Shown here piece after piece: positions 9,480 to 17,610 of a DNA stretch of 64,000 nt. The notes under the pieces were generated by a model. That model ran no database searches and was not told the DNA's origin. It was given only the letters and a program-made list of their open reading frames with translations. Origin of the DNA: an uncultured delta proteobacterium (GTDB taxonomy: Bacteria; Desulfobacterota; Binatia; DP-6). Within the stretch, counting starts at the first letter, position 1; each line of letters begins with the position of its first letter. Both the position numbers and the translations under genes were made by a program. Location of the stretch: contig CAWFFN010000012.1 of NCBI GenBank assembly GCA_963815115.1, positions 285,174 to 349,173 of the forward strand, read 5' to 3'.

Positions 9480-11032
9480 GCGCGCCGGCCGGGGTCGCGG
9501 GCTTCGCGCGCGGCCGGCGACTCGAGGGACGGCGGGACGACCGGGCCGACCCGGCCGCGAAGCCAGCGAGCGAGCGCCGTGTCGTCCAGGCGCTTGCGTG
9601 CGATGAGCCCGAGGATGCGGCCGAACGTGGCGGGCGTCTGGTAGACGGAGCGCACGTGCGGCTGCTCGACGTCGGGATTCCGGTAGTTGAGCGGGATCTC
9701 GACGATGCGCCGGCGGGAGCGCAGCACCTCGATGGCCATCTCCACCAGGACCTCGACGCCGGTCGCCGTGAGCTGCGGGCGGATGGTGCGATACGTCGAG
9801 CGCCAGAAGGCGCGGTACCAGCAGCCGAGATCGGTGAAGCGAGGCTCGAAGCGCCACCAGGCGACCTCGAGCAGCTTCGCCAGCAGGATGTGCGACGCCC
9901 GGACCACGCCGCGCATGTTGGTGCCCTGCTCGATCATCTGGCGCGTCGTGCGCGTCCCCAGCACGAGATCGGCGTCACGCAGGTAGACCAGCAGCTTGCC
10001 GACGTCACGCGGCGAGAACGTGCCGTCGCTGGTGCACAGGACGAGAATGTCGCCGCGCGCGCTGTCGAGGCCGAAGGTGACGAGCGCTCCGGTGGGCAGG
10101 TCGGGCGTCGCGGGGGTGGCCAGGCGGATCGTGGGATGGGCCGGCGCGGCCTCGAGCCCGGGCACGGGTCGCCGTGCGACCACCAGCACCTCGTCGAGCG
10201 ACTCGTCGCCGGCGAACTCCAGGATCGGCGCCAGGGTCGCTGCGTTCGCGTCGTCGACCACGTAGACCAGGCTGACGGTCCGGGTGGCGAAGGTGGCGTC
10301 ACGGGCGAGCGCGTTGGCCAGGTTCAAGTCGTCGCGCGAGTTGACGTTCACGTAGCGCCCGCGGAGGACGAAGGGCAGCACGGGGAGGCCGTCGTGGCAG
10401 AGCCCGCCCAGCCACGACGTCCAGTCGCGCGGGCCGTCGTCGGGGCGCGGCTCGAAGGCGCGCCGGAGCCGCTCCAGCACCTCGGGCGCCAGCAGGTAGG
10501 TCCCCGTCCCCATGCGCGTCCCGTGCACCACCCGCGGCTTCTCCTCGAGGTCGACGATGCGGCCGCCCTGGACGCTGGCGACGTAGTTCTTGCGGATCTG
10601 CTTCGCGGACTCGCTCTCGATGATGCCGCAGACCGCCGCCGCGGCACGCAGGTCGGGCGCGAGCAGATCGCGATGGTTCGAGCCGATGTAGCACTCGTCC
10701 GCCAGGATCATGCAGCAGGGACCGTCGATCGTGCGCGCGCCCAGGTAGACGGAGTAGGGCAGGTTCAGCTCGATGCGGTCGTTGGTGACGTAGCGGATGG
10801 CGACGCCGAGCTGGCGGCCGTCGCCGAGGTGCTCCCGGATCACCTCGCCGCGATAGCCGACCACCACCACGATCTCGCGCACGTCGAGCTGGTCGCGCAG
10901 CAGCTCGACGTTGCGCTGGACGAGGGGGACGCCGTCGACCTCGAGCATCGACTTGGGCACCCAGCGCGTGTACGGGTACGCCCGGACTCCCCTTCCTGCG
11001 GCGGGAATCAGGCCAACGAGTTCTGCCGACAT
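9476..11032 (-). CDS. fusion protein: sugar-1-phosphate nucleotidyltransferase domain + GT2-like domain
   Basis: The N-terminus GLIPAAGRGVRAYPYTRWVPKSMLEV carries the G-x-G-x-R NTP-transferase motif. The C-terminal half (VSLVYVVDDANA...VLCTSDGTF...) resembles GT2. Confidence 0.85.
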   Translation of the reverse strand: MSAELVGLIPAAGRGVRAYPYTRWVPKSMLEVDGVPLVQRNVELLRDQLDVREIVVVVGYRGEVIREHLGDGRQLGVAIRYVTNDRIELNLPYSVYLGARTIDGPCCMILADECYIGSNHRDLLAPDLRAAAAVCGIIESESAKQIRKNYVASVQGGRIVDLEEKPRVVHGTRMGTGTYLLAPEVLERLRRAFEPRPDDGPRDWTSWLGGLCHDGLPVLPFVLRGRYVNVNSRDDLNLANALARDATFATRTVSLVYVVDDANAATLAPILEFAGDESLDEVLVVARRPVPGLEAAPAHPTIRLATPATPDLPTGALVTFGLDSARGDILVLCTSDGTFSPRDVGKLLVYLRDADLVLGTRTTRQMIEQGTNMRGVVRASHILLAKLLEVAWWRFEPRFTDLGCWYRAFWRSTYRTIRPQLTATGVEVLVEMAIEVLRSRRRIVEIPLNYRNPDVEQPHVRSVYQTPATFGRILGLIARKRLDDTALARWLRGRVGPVVPPSLESPAAREARDPGRRA

Positions 11033-11181
11033 CGCCGCACGAGGCCCCGCCGTCGTCGAGACCGGCGATCGGGTGCGCTCGGCTTAGCACCCGCTCCTCC
11101 GGGACGTCAACGCGCGCCTCGTGCGGGTGCACCGGCCTCGACACGTCAACGCGTCCCGTCGCGTCGGACGCCCGGTCGAGC

Positions 11182-11868
11182 TCAGCGCCGGCAGACGAGA
11201 TTCTTGCCGCCGCCGAGCGGCGAGCAGATCGGCGCGAAGGCGGTCCAGCAGTCGTCCCCCACTCGCAGGGTGACGCCGAGGTGGTCGGCGTTCGCCGCCG
11301 ACAGATCGAGCGCGCGCGCCTTCGCCTTGAACGCGAAGAGGTCACCCTTGCGGGTGAGCTTGAGGGCCTTGATGCCGCTCGCGCTGACCGGCCTGGGCGG
11401 GCGCCACCGCCAGCTCTCGCGCAGGCCGCCGCCGCGGCGCGACCAGTACGGGCCGGCCACCGCCGGGTCGAGGGAGAGCCGCAGGATCTCGCCGTCGTGA
11501 TCGGCGAGCCGGAGCTCGACCGCTTCCGACTCGGGGTGGATGATCGCTCCTTCCAGGTCACGCACGTCGAGCAGGTCGAGACGGTCGTCTCCCGCCGGCG
11601 GGAGGAGCGCCGACAGCTTTGCCCGATGCACCATCCCGGTCGGGTGGTCGTCGAGACCGGGACAGAGATCGCACGCGTCGCCCACGCCATCACCGTCGGC
11701 GTCGGCCTGGTCGGCATCCGGGTCGGCGGGGCAGACGTCGCACAGGTCGGGACAGCCGTCACCGTCGTTGTCGGCGACCCCGCAGCCCGCCGGCAGGGTC
11801 GTGCACGCGGCACCCGCCAGGCGGACCAGGACGAACAGCAGGACGACGCCGAGCCCCCGACCGGTCAT
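11182..11868 (-). CDS. secreted protein with thrombospondin type 3 (calcium-binding Asp-rich) repeats
   Basis: The ATG at 11868 lies inside the longer ORF 11182-12408. The signal peptide is GVVLLFVLVRLAGAAC. It is followed by DNDGDGCPDLCDVCPADPDADQADADGDGVGDACDLCPG. Confidence 0.7.
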   Translation of the reverse strand: MTGRGLGVVLLFVLVRLAGAACTTLPAGCGVADNDGDGCPDLCDVCPADPDADQADADGDGVGDACDLCPGLDDHPTGMVHRAKLSALLPPAGDDRLDLLDVRDLEGAIIHPESEAVELRLADHDGEILRLSLDPAVAGPYWSRRGGGLRESWRWRPPRPVSASGIKALKLTRKGDLFAFKAKARALDLSAANADHLGVTLRVGDDCWTAFAPICSPLGGGKNLVCRR

Positions 11869-11921
11869 GGTGCCGACCCTACCCCGGGGGCCGGCTGGCG
11901 GTCGAGGGAAATCGCGCGGCC

Positions 11922-12299
11922 TCAGCCGCGGCCGAACGGATCGTCGATCGCGAAGCGCCAGCTGCCGTCCGCCTGACGACGCACGACCTCGACGGACTGG
12001 CCGCCCGCCTCGACGCGTGCGCCGTCGGGATCGGTGTAGTGGCCGTTCCAGTTTCCGTAGAGCACCGCGAGGTCGTCGCCCGCGCGCAGCACCTGGGCGA
12101 CCGTCAGGGTGAGCTGCGCCTTCTGGGCGATCAGGCCGCCCAGCGCCTCCCGGATCGCCGCCCGGCCCACGGACGGCTCGCCCGGGGCCATCAGCAGCGT
12201 GGCGCCGGGCTCGTAGAGATCGGCCAGCGCGTCGAGATCGCCAGCATTCAGATGGCGCTCGAACAACGCGTCGCACTCCTCGGGTGTGCGTGCAGGCAT
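11922..12299 (-). CDS. SnoaL-like / NTF2-fold protein (DUF4440-like)
   Basis: This 125-aa protein has CDALFERHLNAGDLDALADLYEPGATL...GRAAIREAL, typical of ketosteroid-isomerase-like small proteins. Confidence 0.8.
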   Translation of the reverse strand: MPARTPEECDALFERHLNAGDLDALADLYEPGATLLMAPGEPSVGRAAIREALGGLIAQKAQLTLTVAQVLRAGDDLAVLYGNWNGHYTDPDGARVEAGGQSVEVVRRQADGSWRFAIDDPFGRG

Positions 12300-12564
12300 C
12301 GCGTTCCTCCTCCTCTCTGCGACGTTGGTAGCAGAGCCGACGTTCGCCGGCCACCACGGGTGGGATCGTGATCGTACGAACGGCCACCGCCGTCGTGGGC
12401 GCGCGCAACGCCTTGCAGCCCGGTCAGGCGCACGCGCAATCCGGTTGTAGATTCACCGCGGGATTCACGGCGGTTTCCGTTGACACGCCTTGCGGTACGT
12501 TTCCTGCTCTTGCCAGGGCGACTCGTTCCAGGATCGATCCGTTCGGCAGGGGGAGGGAGAACAC

Positions 12565-13806
12565 ATGCGGGCTCCTAGGGGTCGGGTCTGCCTCGTGCTC
12601 GCGGCAGCGCTGCTGTGCGTCGCCGCCGCAGCGCGGCGATCGGATGCAGGTCCGCCGCTCAGGCGTGACCTGAGCGCGTACCTGTTCTTCGGCCTGCGCA
12701 GCGCCGGGCTCAAGAACATGACCGTGACCGGCGCCTGCAACTCCGGCGTCGACTGCGCGCAGCCGAATCCGAACAGCGACTGCGGAGTGATCACCCACGA
12801 AGACCCCGACTATGCCGACGGGAGCCAGATCGCCGGCGATCGCGCGCGCTTCACGACGGGCGGCGGGATCATCTTCCAGCTCTTCAGCAATTCGCCGACG
12901 GGGCTGGAGAACGTCTTCCTCAACTCGCCGCCGGTCGAGCCGCTGACCCCGCTGCCGATCCTCGGTGACGCGGACGCCGATGGCGTCCCGAGCTGCAGCA
13001 TCGCCAGCGGCTCGTGTGCCATCGACACGGGCGATCTGGCGGCCGCGTGCGGATTCGCCGTCCCGTTCCCGGCCTGCGATCCCTCCCGCCCGGTCACCGT
13101 CACCGCGCTCGGCGATTGCCCGTTCGACGATCAGTCGCCGGGAAACCAGCGCTGTGACCTGCCGCCCGGCGTGTACGGCGCTCTCGAGGTCAAGGACAAG
13201 AGCCTGCTCACGTTCACCGGCGGCTCCTACGTCTTCTGCGACTTCCAGTTCGGCAAGGCGACCGAGACGCTGGCCGATGCCAGCACGATCATCGCCGTGA
13301 ACGGCGCCGTGGCGATCAGCAACGACTCCAACTTCGGTCCCGCGGCCGGACAGAACTGCGGGCAGATCAAGGTGAACGTCGCCGGCCCCGGCGACTTCAG
13401 CTTCGGCCGCCAGGCCGCCATCAACGCCTACTTCTGCGCGCCCGAGCGCACCATGCTGCTCGGCCACGACAACAACCTCACCGGCCACTTCTTCGGGAAC
13501 GTGATCAGCGCCGACTCGAACAACCGCGGCTTCTGCTGCCTGGCCGAGCCCAAAGCGCTGTGCTCGGGGTTCGACAGCTTCGTGCCGGTGACGGCCGGCG
13601 TGGGCGCGACGGTCACGCTGTTCTCGACCTGCAGCCTTGCGCCGGTGACCGAGGTGCGCATCTGCGGGATCGCCGCACCGATCGTGTCGCAGGCCGACGA
13701 CAAGCTCGAGGCGACCATCCCGGCGGGCGCGTCCGGTGCTTGCCAGGTCCAGGTGATCAGCCCGGCGGGAATCTTCACCGGCGCCGCCACCCTGACGGTG
13801 AGCTGA
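12565..13806 (+). CDS. secreted cysteine-rich protein of unknown function with C-terminal IPT/TIG-like domain (paralogue 1)
   Basis: The ATG at 12565 follows GGGAGGGA. A signal peptide is present. Conserved blocks are shared with the next gene, and the C-terminus VTEVRICGIAAPIVSQADDKLEATIPAGASGACQVQVISPAG is IPT-like. Confidence 0.8.
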   Translation: MRAPRGRVCLVLAAALLCVAAAARRSDAGPPLRRDLSAYLFFGLRSAGLKNMTVTGACNSGVDCAQPNPNSDCGVITHEDPDYADGSQIAGDRARFTTGGGIIFQLFSNSPTGLENVFLNSPPVEPLTPLPILGDADADGVPSCSIASGSCAIDTGDLAAACGFAVPFPACDPSRPVTVTALGDCPFDDQSPGNQRCDLPPGVYGALEVKDKSLLTFTGGSYVFCDFQFGKATETLADASTIIAVNGAVAISNDSNFGPAAGQNCGQIKVNVAGPGDFSFGRQAAINAYFCAPERTMLLGHDNNLTGHFFGNVISADSNNRGFCCLAEPKALCSGFDSFVPVTAGVGATVTLFSTCSLAPVTEVRICGIAAPIVSQADDKLEATIPAGASGACQVQVISPAGIFTGAATLTVS

Positions 13807-13834
13807 CGTGGCAACCCGGAAGGAGAGTCGCGTG

Positions 13835-15040
13835 ATGCCCTCCCACCAGTCCGTCGTGAGGTGGTCCGTTGCGCTGGCCGTCACCGCGGCGCTCCTCGCC
13901 GTCGTGCCGAGCGCGTCGGCGCAGCCGCTCCGGCGCGATCTGTCGTCGTACCTGCTCCTCACCATGAAGCGGGCGTCGCTCAAGAACCTGCGCATCGGCA
14001 GCCCGTGCAACGTCGGCGTGAACTGCGGCTCGCCGACGCCCAAGTCGAAGTGCGGCGTGCTCGCGCTCGGCAACGTCACCGGCGTCGACGGCGGTCAGGT
14101 GGTGGGCGACCAGGTCTTCCTGCGCAGGCCGGGCAGCAAGCTCTGGGAGCTCTTCCGCAACAACGACTCGCCGCTCGACAACGTCCAGCTGGTCGCGCCC
14201 GCGCCCAACCCGCAGTCGTTCGTGCCGCCGGTCGTCCCGGGGACGTGCGACGACACGTGCACGCCGAACTACGCCGAGATGGAGAGGGCCTGCGGCTTCC
14301 CCGATCCCTTCCCGGCGTGCGATCCGACCAAGGACGTGAAGGTCGTGCGCGGCGGCGACTGCGCGCCGTTCGACACCGTGCCCGGCAACCAGCAGTGCGA
14401 CCTGCCGGTGGGCGCCTACGGACGGCTCGCGATGGAGGACGGCTCCCGGCTGAACCTCGAGCCCGGCGTCTACGTGACGTGTCTCTTCAAGGCCGGCCAG
14501 GACACCACCACGACCGCACACGGCACCACCATCTTGATCCCCGGCGACGCGCCGGCGAAGAGCGCACTGCGGGTGAACAACGGCTCCAACCTGGGAGCGG
14601 ACTGCGGCGACCTGCGCTTCCTGATCGGCGGCGTCACCAAGATCGCGTTCGGGCGCGGGGGGCTGGTCGCGGCGGAGGTGTGCGCGCCGCAGTCGAAGAT
14701 CTCGCTCGGGCACAACAACATCCTGATCGGACAGTTCGTGGCCGACTCCGTCAGCGCCGACCTGAACAACTTCGGCCGCTGCTGCGGAGGGACGTGCGCC
14801 TGCTACAACGAGCTCACGCCCTCGAGCGCGCATCCGGGCACCGTCGTGACGGGCACGAGCAACTGCGACCTCACCGCCCTCACCGGGGTCTCCGTGTGCG
14901 GCATCCCCGCCAACGTCGTCTCGGTGACGCCGACCGAGGTGCGATTCGAGGTCCCGCCGGGTGCGAGCGGCGCGTGCCCGGTCGAGTTCGTCAGCCCGGC
15001 GGGCACCTTCGTCGGCAACATCACCCTGACGGTGGGCTGA
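13835..15040 (+). CDS. secreted cysteine-rich protein of unknown function with C-terminal IPT/TIG-like domain (paralogue 2)
   Basis: The ATG at 13835 follows GGAAGGAGA. The signal peptide is ALAVTAALLAVVPSASA. It shares PLRRDLSxYL, CGFxxPFPACDP, GNQxCDLPxGxYG and LGHxNxLxGxF...SADxNNxGxCC with 12565-13806. Confidence 0.8.
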   Translation: MPSHQSVVRWSVALAVTAALLAVVPSASAQPLRRDLSSYLLLTMKRASLKNLRIGSPCNVGVNCGSPTPKSKCGVLALGNVTGVDGGQVVGDQVFLRRPGSKLWELFRNNDSPLDNVQLVAPAPNPQSFVPPVVPGTCDDTCTPNYAEMERACGFPDPFPACDPTKDVKVVRGGDCAPFDTVPGNQQCDLPVGAYGRLAMEDGSRLNLEPGVYVTCLFKAGQDTTTTAHGTTILIPGDAPAKSALRVNNGSNLGADCGDLRFLIGGVTKIAFGRGGLVAAEVCAPQSKISLGHNNILIGQFVADSVSADLNNFGRCCGGTCACYNELTPSSAHPGTVVTGTSNCDLTALTGVSVCGIPANVVSVTPTEVRFEVPPGASGACPVEFVSPAGTFVGNITLTVG

Positions 15041-15155
15041 GACTTCCTTCCCGCCGCGGCGCGATTGGCCGAACGGCGCTCGCGTGCGCGGGTCGGACCG
15101 GCAGCACCGTCGGCGTTGGCGGTCCGCCGGGGCCCAGGGATGCCGCTTGTGACCT

Positions 15156-15173
15156 GATGACCATCATGTCATC
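15156..15173. promoter_or_regulatory. inverted repeat GATGAC-N6-GTCATC, candidate VapB/VapBC operator
   Basis: A perfect 6-bp inverted repeat ends 9 nt upstream of the vapB ATG. It is embedded in three TGACC direct repeats. TA antitoxins usually autoregulate through such palindromes. Confidence 0.35.
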
Positions 15174-15182
15174 TTGACCAAC

Positions 15183-15485
15183 ATGGCGAGGACCCCGACG
15201 GCGAAGGCGCTCAGCGTCGCAGAGGCGAAGCGGCGGTTCTCCGACGTGCTCGGCGCCGTGAAGCACAGGGGGGAGCGCGTGGTCGTGGAACGCCGCGGCC
15301 GGCCGATCGCGGCCATCGTGCCGCTCGACGACCTCGCGCGGCTCGAAGGCGATGTTCAGCGCGGCTTCCTCGCCCTGGTGGGAGCCTTCGGCGATGTCCC
15401 CGCGTTCCCTCGGGTTCTCGATGACATCGTCCGGACCCGGCGGCTGCAGCGCAGCCGCCCGGCGCCGAAGCTGGGTAGACGGTGA
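15183..15485 (+). CDS. vapB: type II antitoxin, Phd/YefM (prevent-host-death) family
   Basis: MARTPTAKALSVAEAKRRFSDVLGAVKHRGERVVVERRGRPIAAIVPLDDLARLE matches the family pattern. The stop overlaps the PIN gene start (GTGA). The TTG at 15174 is an alternative start. Confidence 0.85.
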   Translation: MARTPTAKALSVAEAKRRFSDVLGAVKHRGERVVVERRGRPIAAIVPLDDLARLEGDVQRGFLALVGAFGDVPAFPRVLDDIVRTRRLQRSRPAPKLGRR

Positions 15486-15883
15486 TCGTGCTCGACACGG
15501 ACGCGGTGAGCGAGCTCATGCGTCCACGTCCTTCGGCGCGCCTGGTCAGCCGTCTCGAGCGATGGTCTCCGGCCGAGCAGGCCACGACGGCGATCACCCT
15601 CGGTGAGATCGCCTATGGCGCCCGCCGGGCCGAACGGCCCTCGCTGTACGACCGCGCGATCGGCCTGCTGGGCGGGGTGCGGATCCTGGACTTCGATCGA
15701 GCGGCCGCCGAGCGCTACGGCGAGATCCGGACTGCGCTCGAACGGGCAGGTGTGCGGCTGGCCGATCCGGACCTCCGGATCGCGGCCATCGCCGTGGCCT
15801 CCGATGGCCTGCTCGTCACCGGGAATCTCCGGCACTTTGCGCGAGTTCCGGGCCTGCGGGCCGAGGACTGGGTTCACGGCTGA
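15482..15883 (+). CDS. vapC: type II toxin, PIN-domain ribonuclease VapC
   Basis: MIVLDTDAVSEL...ITLGEI...DLRIAAIAVASDGLLVTGNLRHF shows the conserved PIN acidic residues in the usual order. Confidence 0.9.
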   Translation: MIVLDTDAVSELMRPRPSARLVSRLERWSPAEQATTAITLGEIAYGARRAERPSLYDRAIGLLGGVRILDFDRAAAERYGEIRTALERAGVRLADPDLRIAAIAVASDGLLVTGNLRHFARVPGLRAEDWVHG

Positions 15884-15915
15884 GCAACCGCGGCAGCCGA
15901 GCGGATCTCCGGATT

Positions 15916-15938
15916 CGAGCACACGTCCCGTGTGCTCG
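15916..15938 (+). terminator. hairpin downstream of vapC (9-bp perfect stem, 5-nt loop)
   Basis: The sequence is CGAGCACAC-gtccc-GTGTGCTCG. No U-tract follows, so terminator function is uncertain. Confidence 0.3.
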
Positions 15939-16074
15939 ACGAGGTCAGGGTATGACCGGGAGCTGCCAAGGGGATCAGGCTTGACTGTCGCGATCGGTCC
16001 GTCTATCGCGTCGCTTCGGGTCGTGAGGGCGCTCAGCCCTATGCCGGTCATCTCGGTCGAGAGGAGCGGAACCC

Positions 16075-16944
16075 ATGGCGCAGACGCCTGATGCCCTGGT
16101 GCTCGACGTGCTGGCTTCCTACGAAGCCGAGCTTGGCGAGCGTGAGGTCACGTATGGAAAGGTCGTCGTCCTGTCGCTGGGCGGGCGCATCCGCGGGGAA
16201 GAGCCGGTTCCCCAAGGTTCGGTCGTCGCGTACGTGGCACGCCGTGGAAATCCCGTGCTCCGCACGCTCGTCGCCGCCGCGCGAAAGGGCGACGTGCGGA
16301 CGATCGCCAAGATTCATACGGACGCGGGCCGGCGCATCGCCCAGCGTGTGACGGCGCCCTCTCCGAGGCCCAGGCCGCTGGCAGCGGTTCCGGTGCTCGC
16401 CGAGCTGCGCTACCGCAGCAAGACGATCGCGCGCGCCGTGATGCCGGATGGTCCCTCGGGCGTCGCCATCCGGATCTTTCCCTACAATGGCGGCAAGCTC
16501 TACGACGCGGATTTCCGTCTGGCGCAGTTCAAGCGCGGCGCGAGCGCCGGCGACCTCGAAGCGGTGCTGCTCAAGCGCGGCCCCCAGCTTTCCGCCCTCG
16601 AGCGCAGGGTGTTGGCGCAGGTGAGCGGCGACGCCACGGAAAACAACATCTCCGCCGAGCTGGCGTTCGTCGGCGCCATCGTCAACGCGATCGTCAACGC
16701 CGGCAAGGCCGTCTACGCCGCGACCAAGGCAGCCGTGAACTGGGCCGTCGATCACAAGGTCGGGTTGCTCTTCGCCGCGCAGGTCGTCACCTGGGCCGTG
16801 AGCGTCTTTCCGAAATTCTCGACGATTGCGCGGCAACCCGGAATCTCGGGCGCCGCGGGGCGAGTCCGCCGTGGAGCGTCGGCGCACGAGCTGCTCAAGG
16901 CTCGTCGGGAAGCGCTGCTGGGCGAGCTGAACCGGCGCGCCTGA
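16075..16944 (+). CDS. uncharacterised protein, first gene of the Sdp-like cassette, with a C-terminal Ala/Val/Gly/Lys-rich hydrophobic segment
   Basis: The ATG follows AGGAG. The stop is 6 nt before the next start. The opposite-strand 514-aa ORF has junk composition. No signal peptide or known motif was recognised. Confidence 0.65.
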   Translation: MAQTPDALVLDVLASYEAELGEREVTYGKVVVLSLGGRIRGEEPVPQGSVVAYVARRGNPVLRTLVAAARKGDVRTIAKIHTDAGRRIAQRVTAPSPRPRPLAAVPVLAELRYRSKTIARAVMPDGPSGVAIRIFPYNGGKLYDADFRLAQFKRGASAGDLEAVLLKRGPQLSALERRVLAQVSGDATENNISAELAFVGAIVNAIVNAGKAVYAATKAAVNWAVDHKVGLLFAAQVVTWAVSVFPKFSTIARQPGISGAAGRVRRGASAHELLKARREALLGELNRRA

Positions 16945-16950
16945 CCGGGG

Positions 16951-17607
16951 GTGGCGACCCACGCTGTCGCGCTCGTGTTCGCCCTCTGGTTCGGCGCGTC
17001 CGTGCTGAACCAGCTCGAGGCGACCGGGTATGCCCCGGCCAAGCGCCTGGCTCTCCTCGTCAAGTCGCTCGATCTCTTCTCGCTCATTCCGACCTGGAAC
17101 TTCTTCGCTCCGAACCCCGGGACGAACGACTACCACCTGCTCTATCGGGAGCGGCTGGATGCCGGCGGGTACGGCGTCTGGAGAGAGGTCCCCTTCCCGA
17201 AGCAGTCGGGTCTCCTCAAGGCCGTGTGGAACCCCCGCAAGCGCCGGGCCAAGGTCCTGTCGGACGTCGTGATCAGCCTCGGAAGCGCCGTCGCCGAGGC
17301 CCGCCTGACGGCTCTCGGGCGGCTCGCGCCTCGGGCCGATGCAGACACCGGAGCCGGGAGCCGAGGGCAGGACGCCGGCGATCGGCGGCGAGACTACGAA
17401 GCTCGCCTCTCCCGGCTGATCTCCGAAGAGCTCCGGCCGCTCAAGCTCTCGATTCCCTACCTGATCGTGCTGAACTATCTGAACGGGCTGCCGCACTCGC
17501 CGTTCAGCGACTCGATCCAGTTTCTCTTCGCGCAGACGGCCGGTTTCGATCCCCATGCCGAGCCCGAGATCCTCTACGTCTCCGAGCCGCACGAGCTCGC
17601 ATCCTAG
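16951..17607 (+). CDS. SdpA-like protein (single N-terminal TM helix, W-x-FF-x-x-x-P motif)
   Basis: The TM helix is VALVFALWFGASVL. About 25 residues later comes LIPTWNFFAPNPG, the same spacing as PQGWGFFSKDPR in B. subtilis SdpA as I recall it. The stop is 3 nt before the SdpB-like gene. Confidence 0.55.
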   Translation: MATHAVALVFALWFGASVLNQLEATGYAPAKRLALLVKSLDLFSLIPTWNFFAPNPGTNDYHLLYRERLDAGGYGVWREVPFPKQSGLLKAVWNPRKRRAKVLSDVVISLGSAVAEARLTALGRLAPRADADTGAGSRGQDAGDRRRDYEARLSRLISEELRPLKLSIPYLIVLNYLNGLPHSPFSDSIQFLFAQTAGFDPHAEPEILYVSEPHELAS

Positions 17608-17610
17608 ATC

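Noticed and set aside
12424-14833. Minus-strand ORFs 12424-14079 (551 aa) and 13775-14833 (352 aa).
   Set aside because: They are antisense to the two paralogous secreted proteins. The mutual conservation of those paralogues, plus their signal peptides and RBS sequences, supports the + strand frames.
16048-17592. A 514-aa minus-strand ORF covering the first two genes of the Sdp-like cassette.
   Set aside because: It has low-complexity R/G/D/E-rich composition and no motifs. The + strand alternative gives three abutting genes (6- and 3-nt gaps), each with sensible TM or hydrophobic architecture, and an AGGAG before the first ATG.
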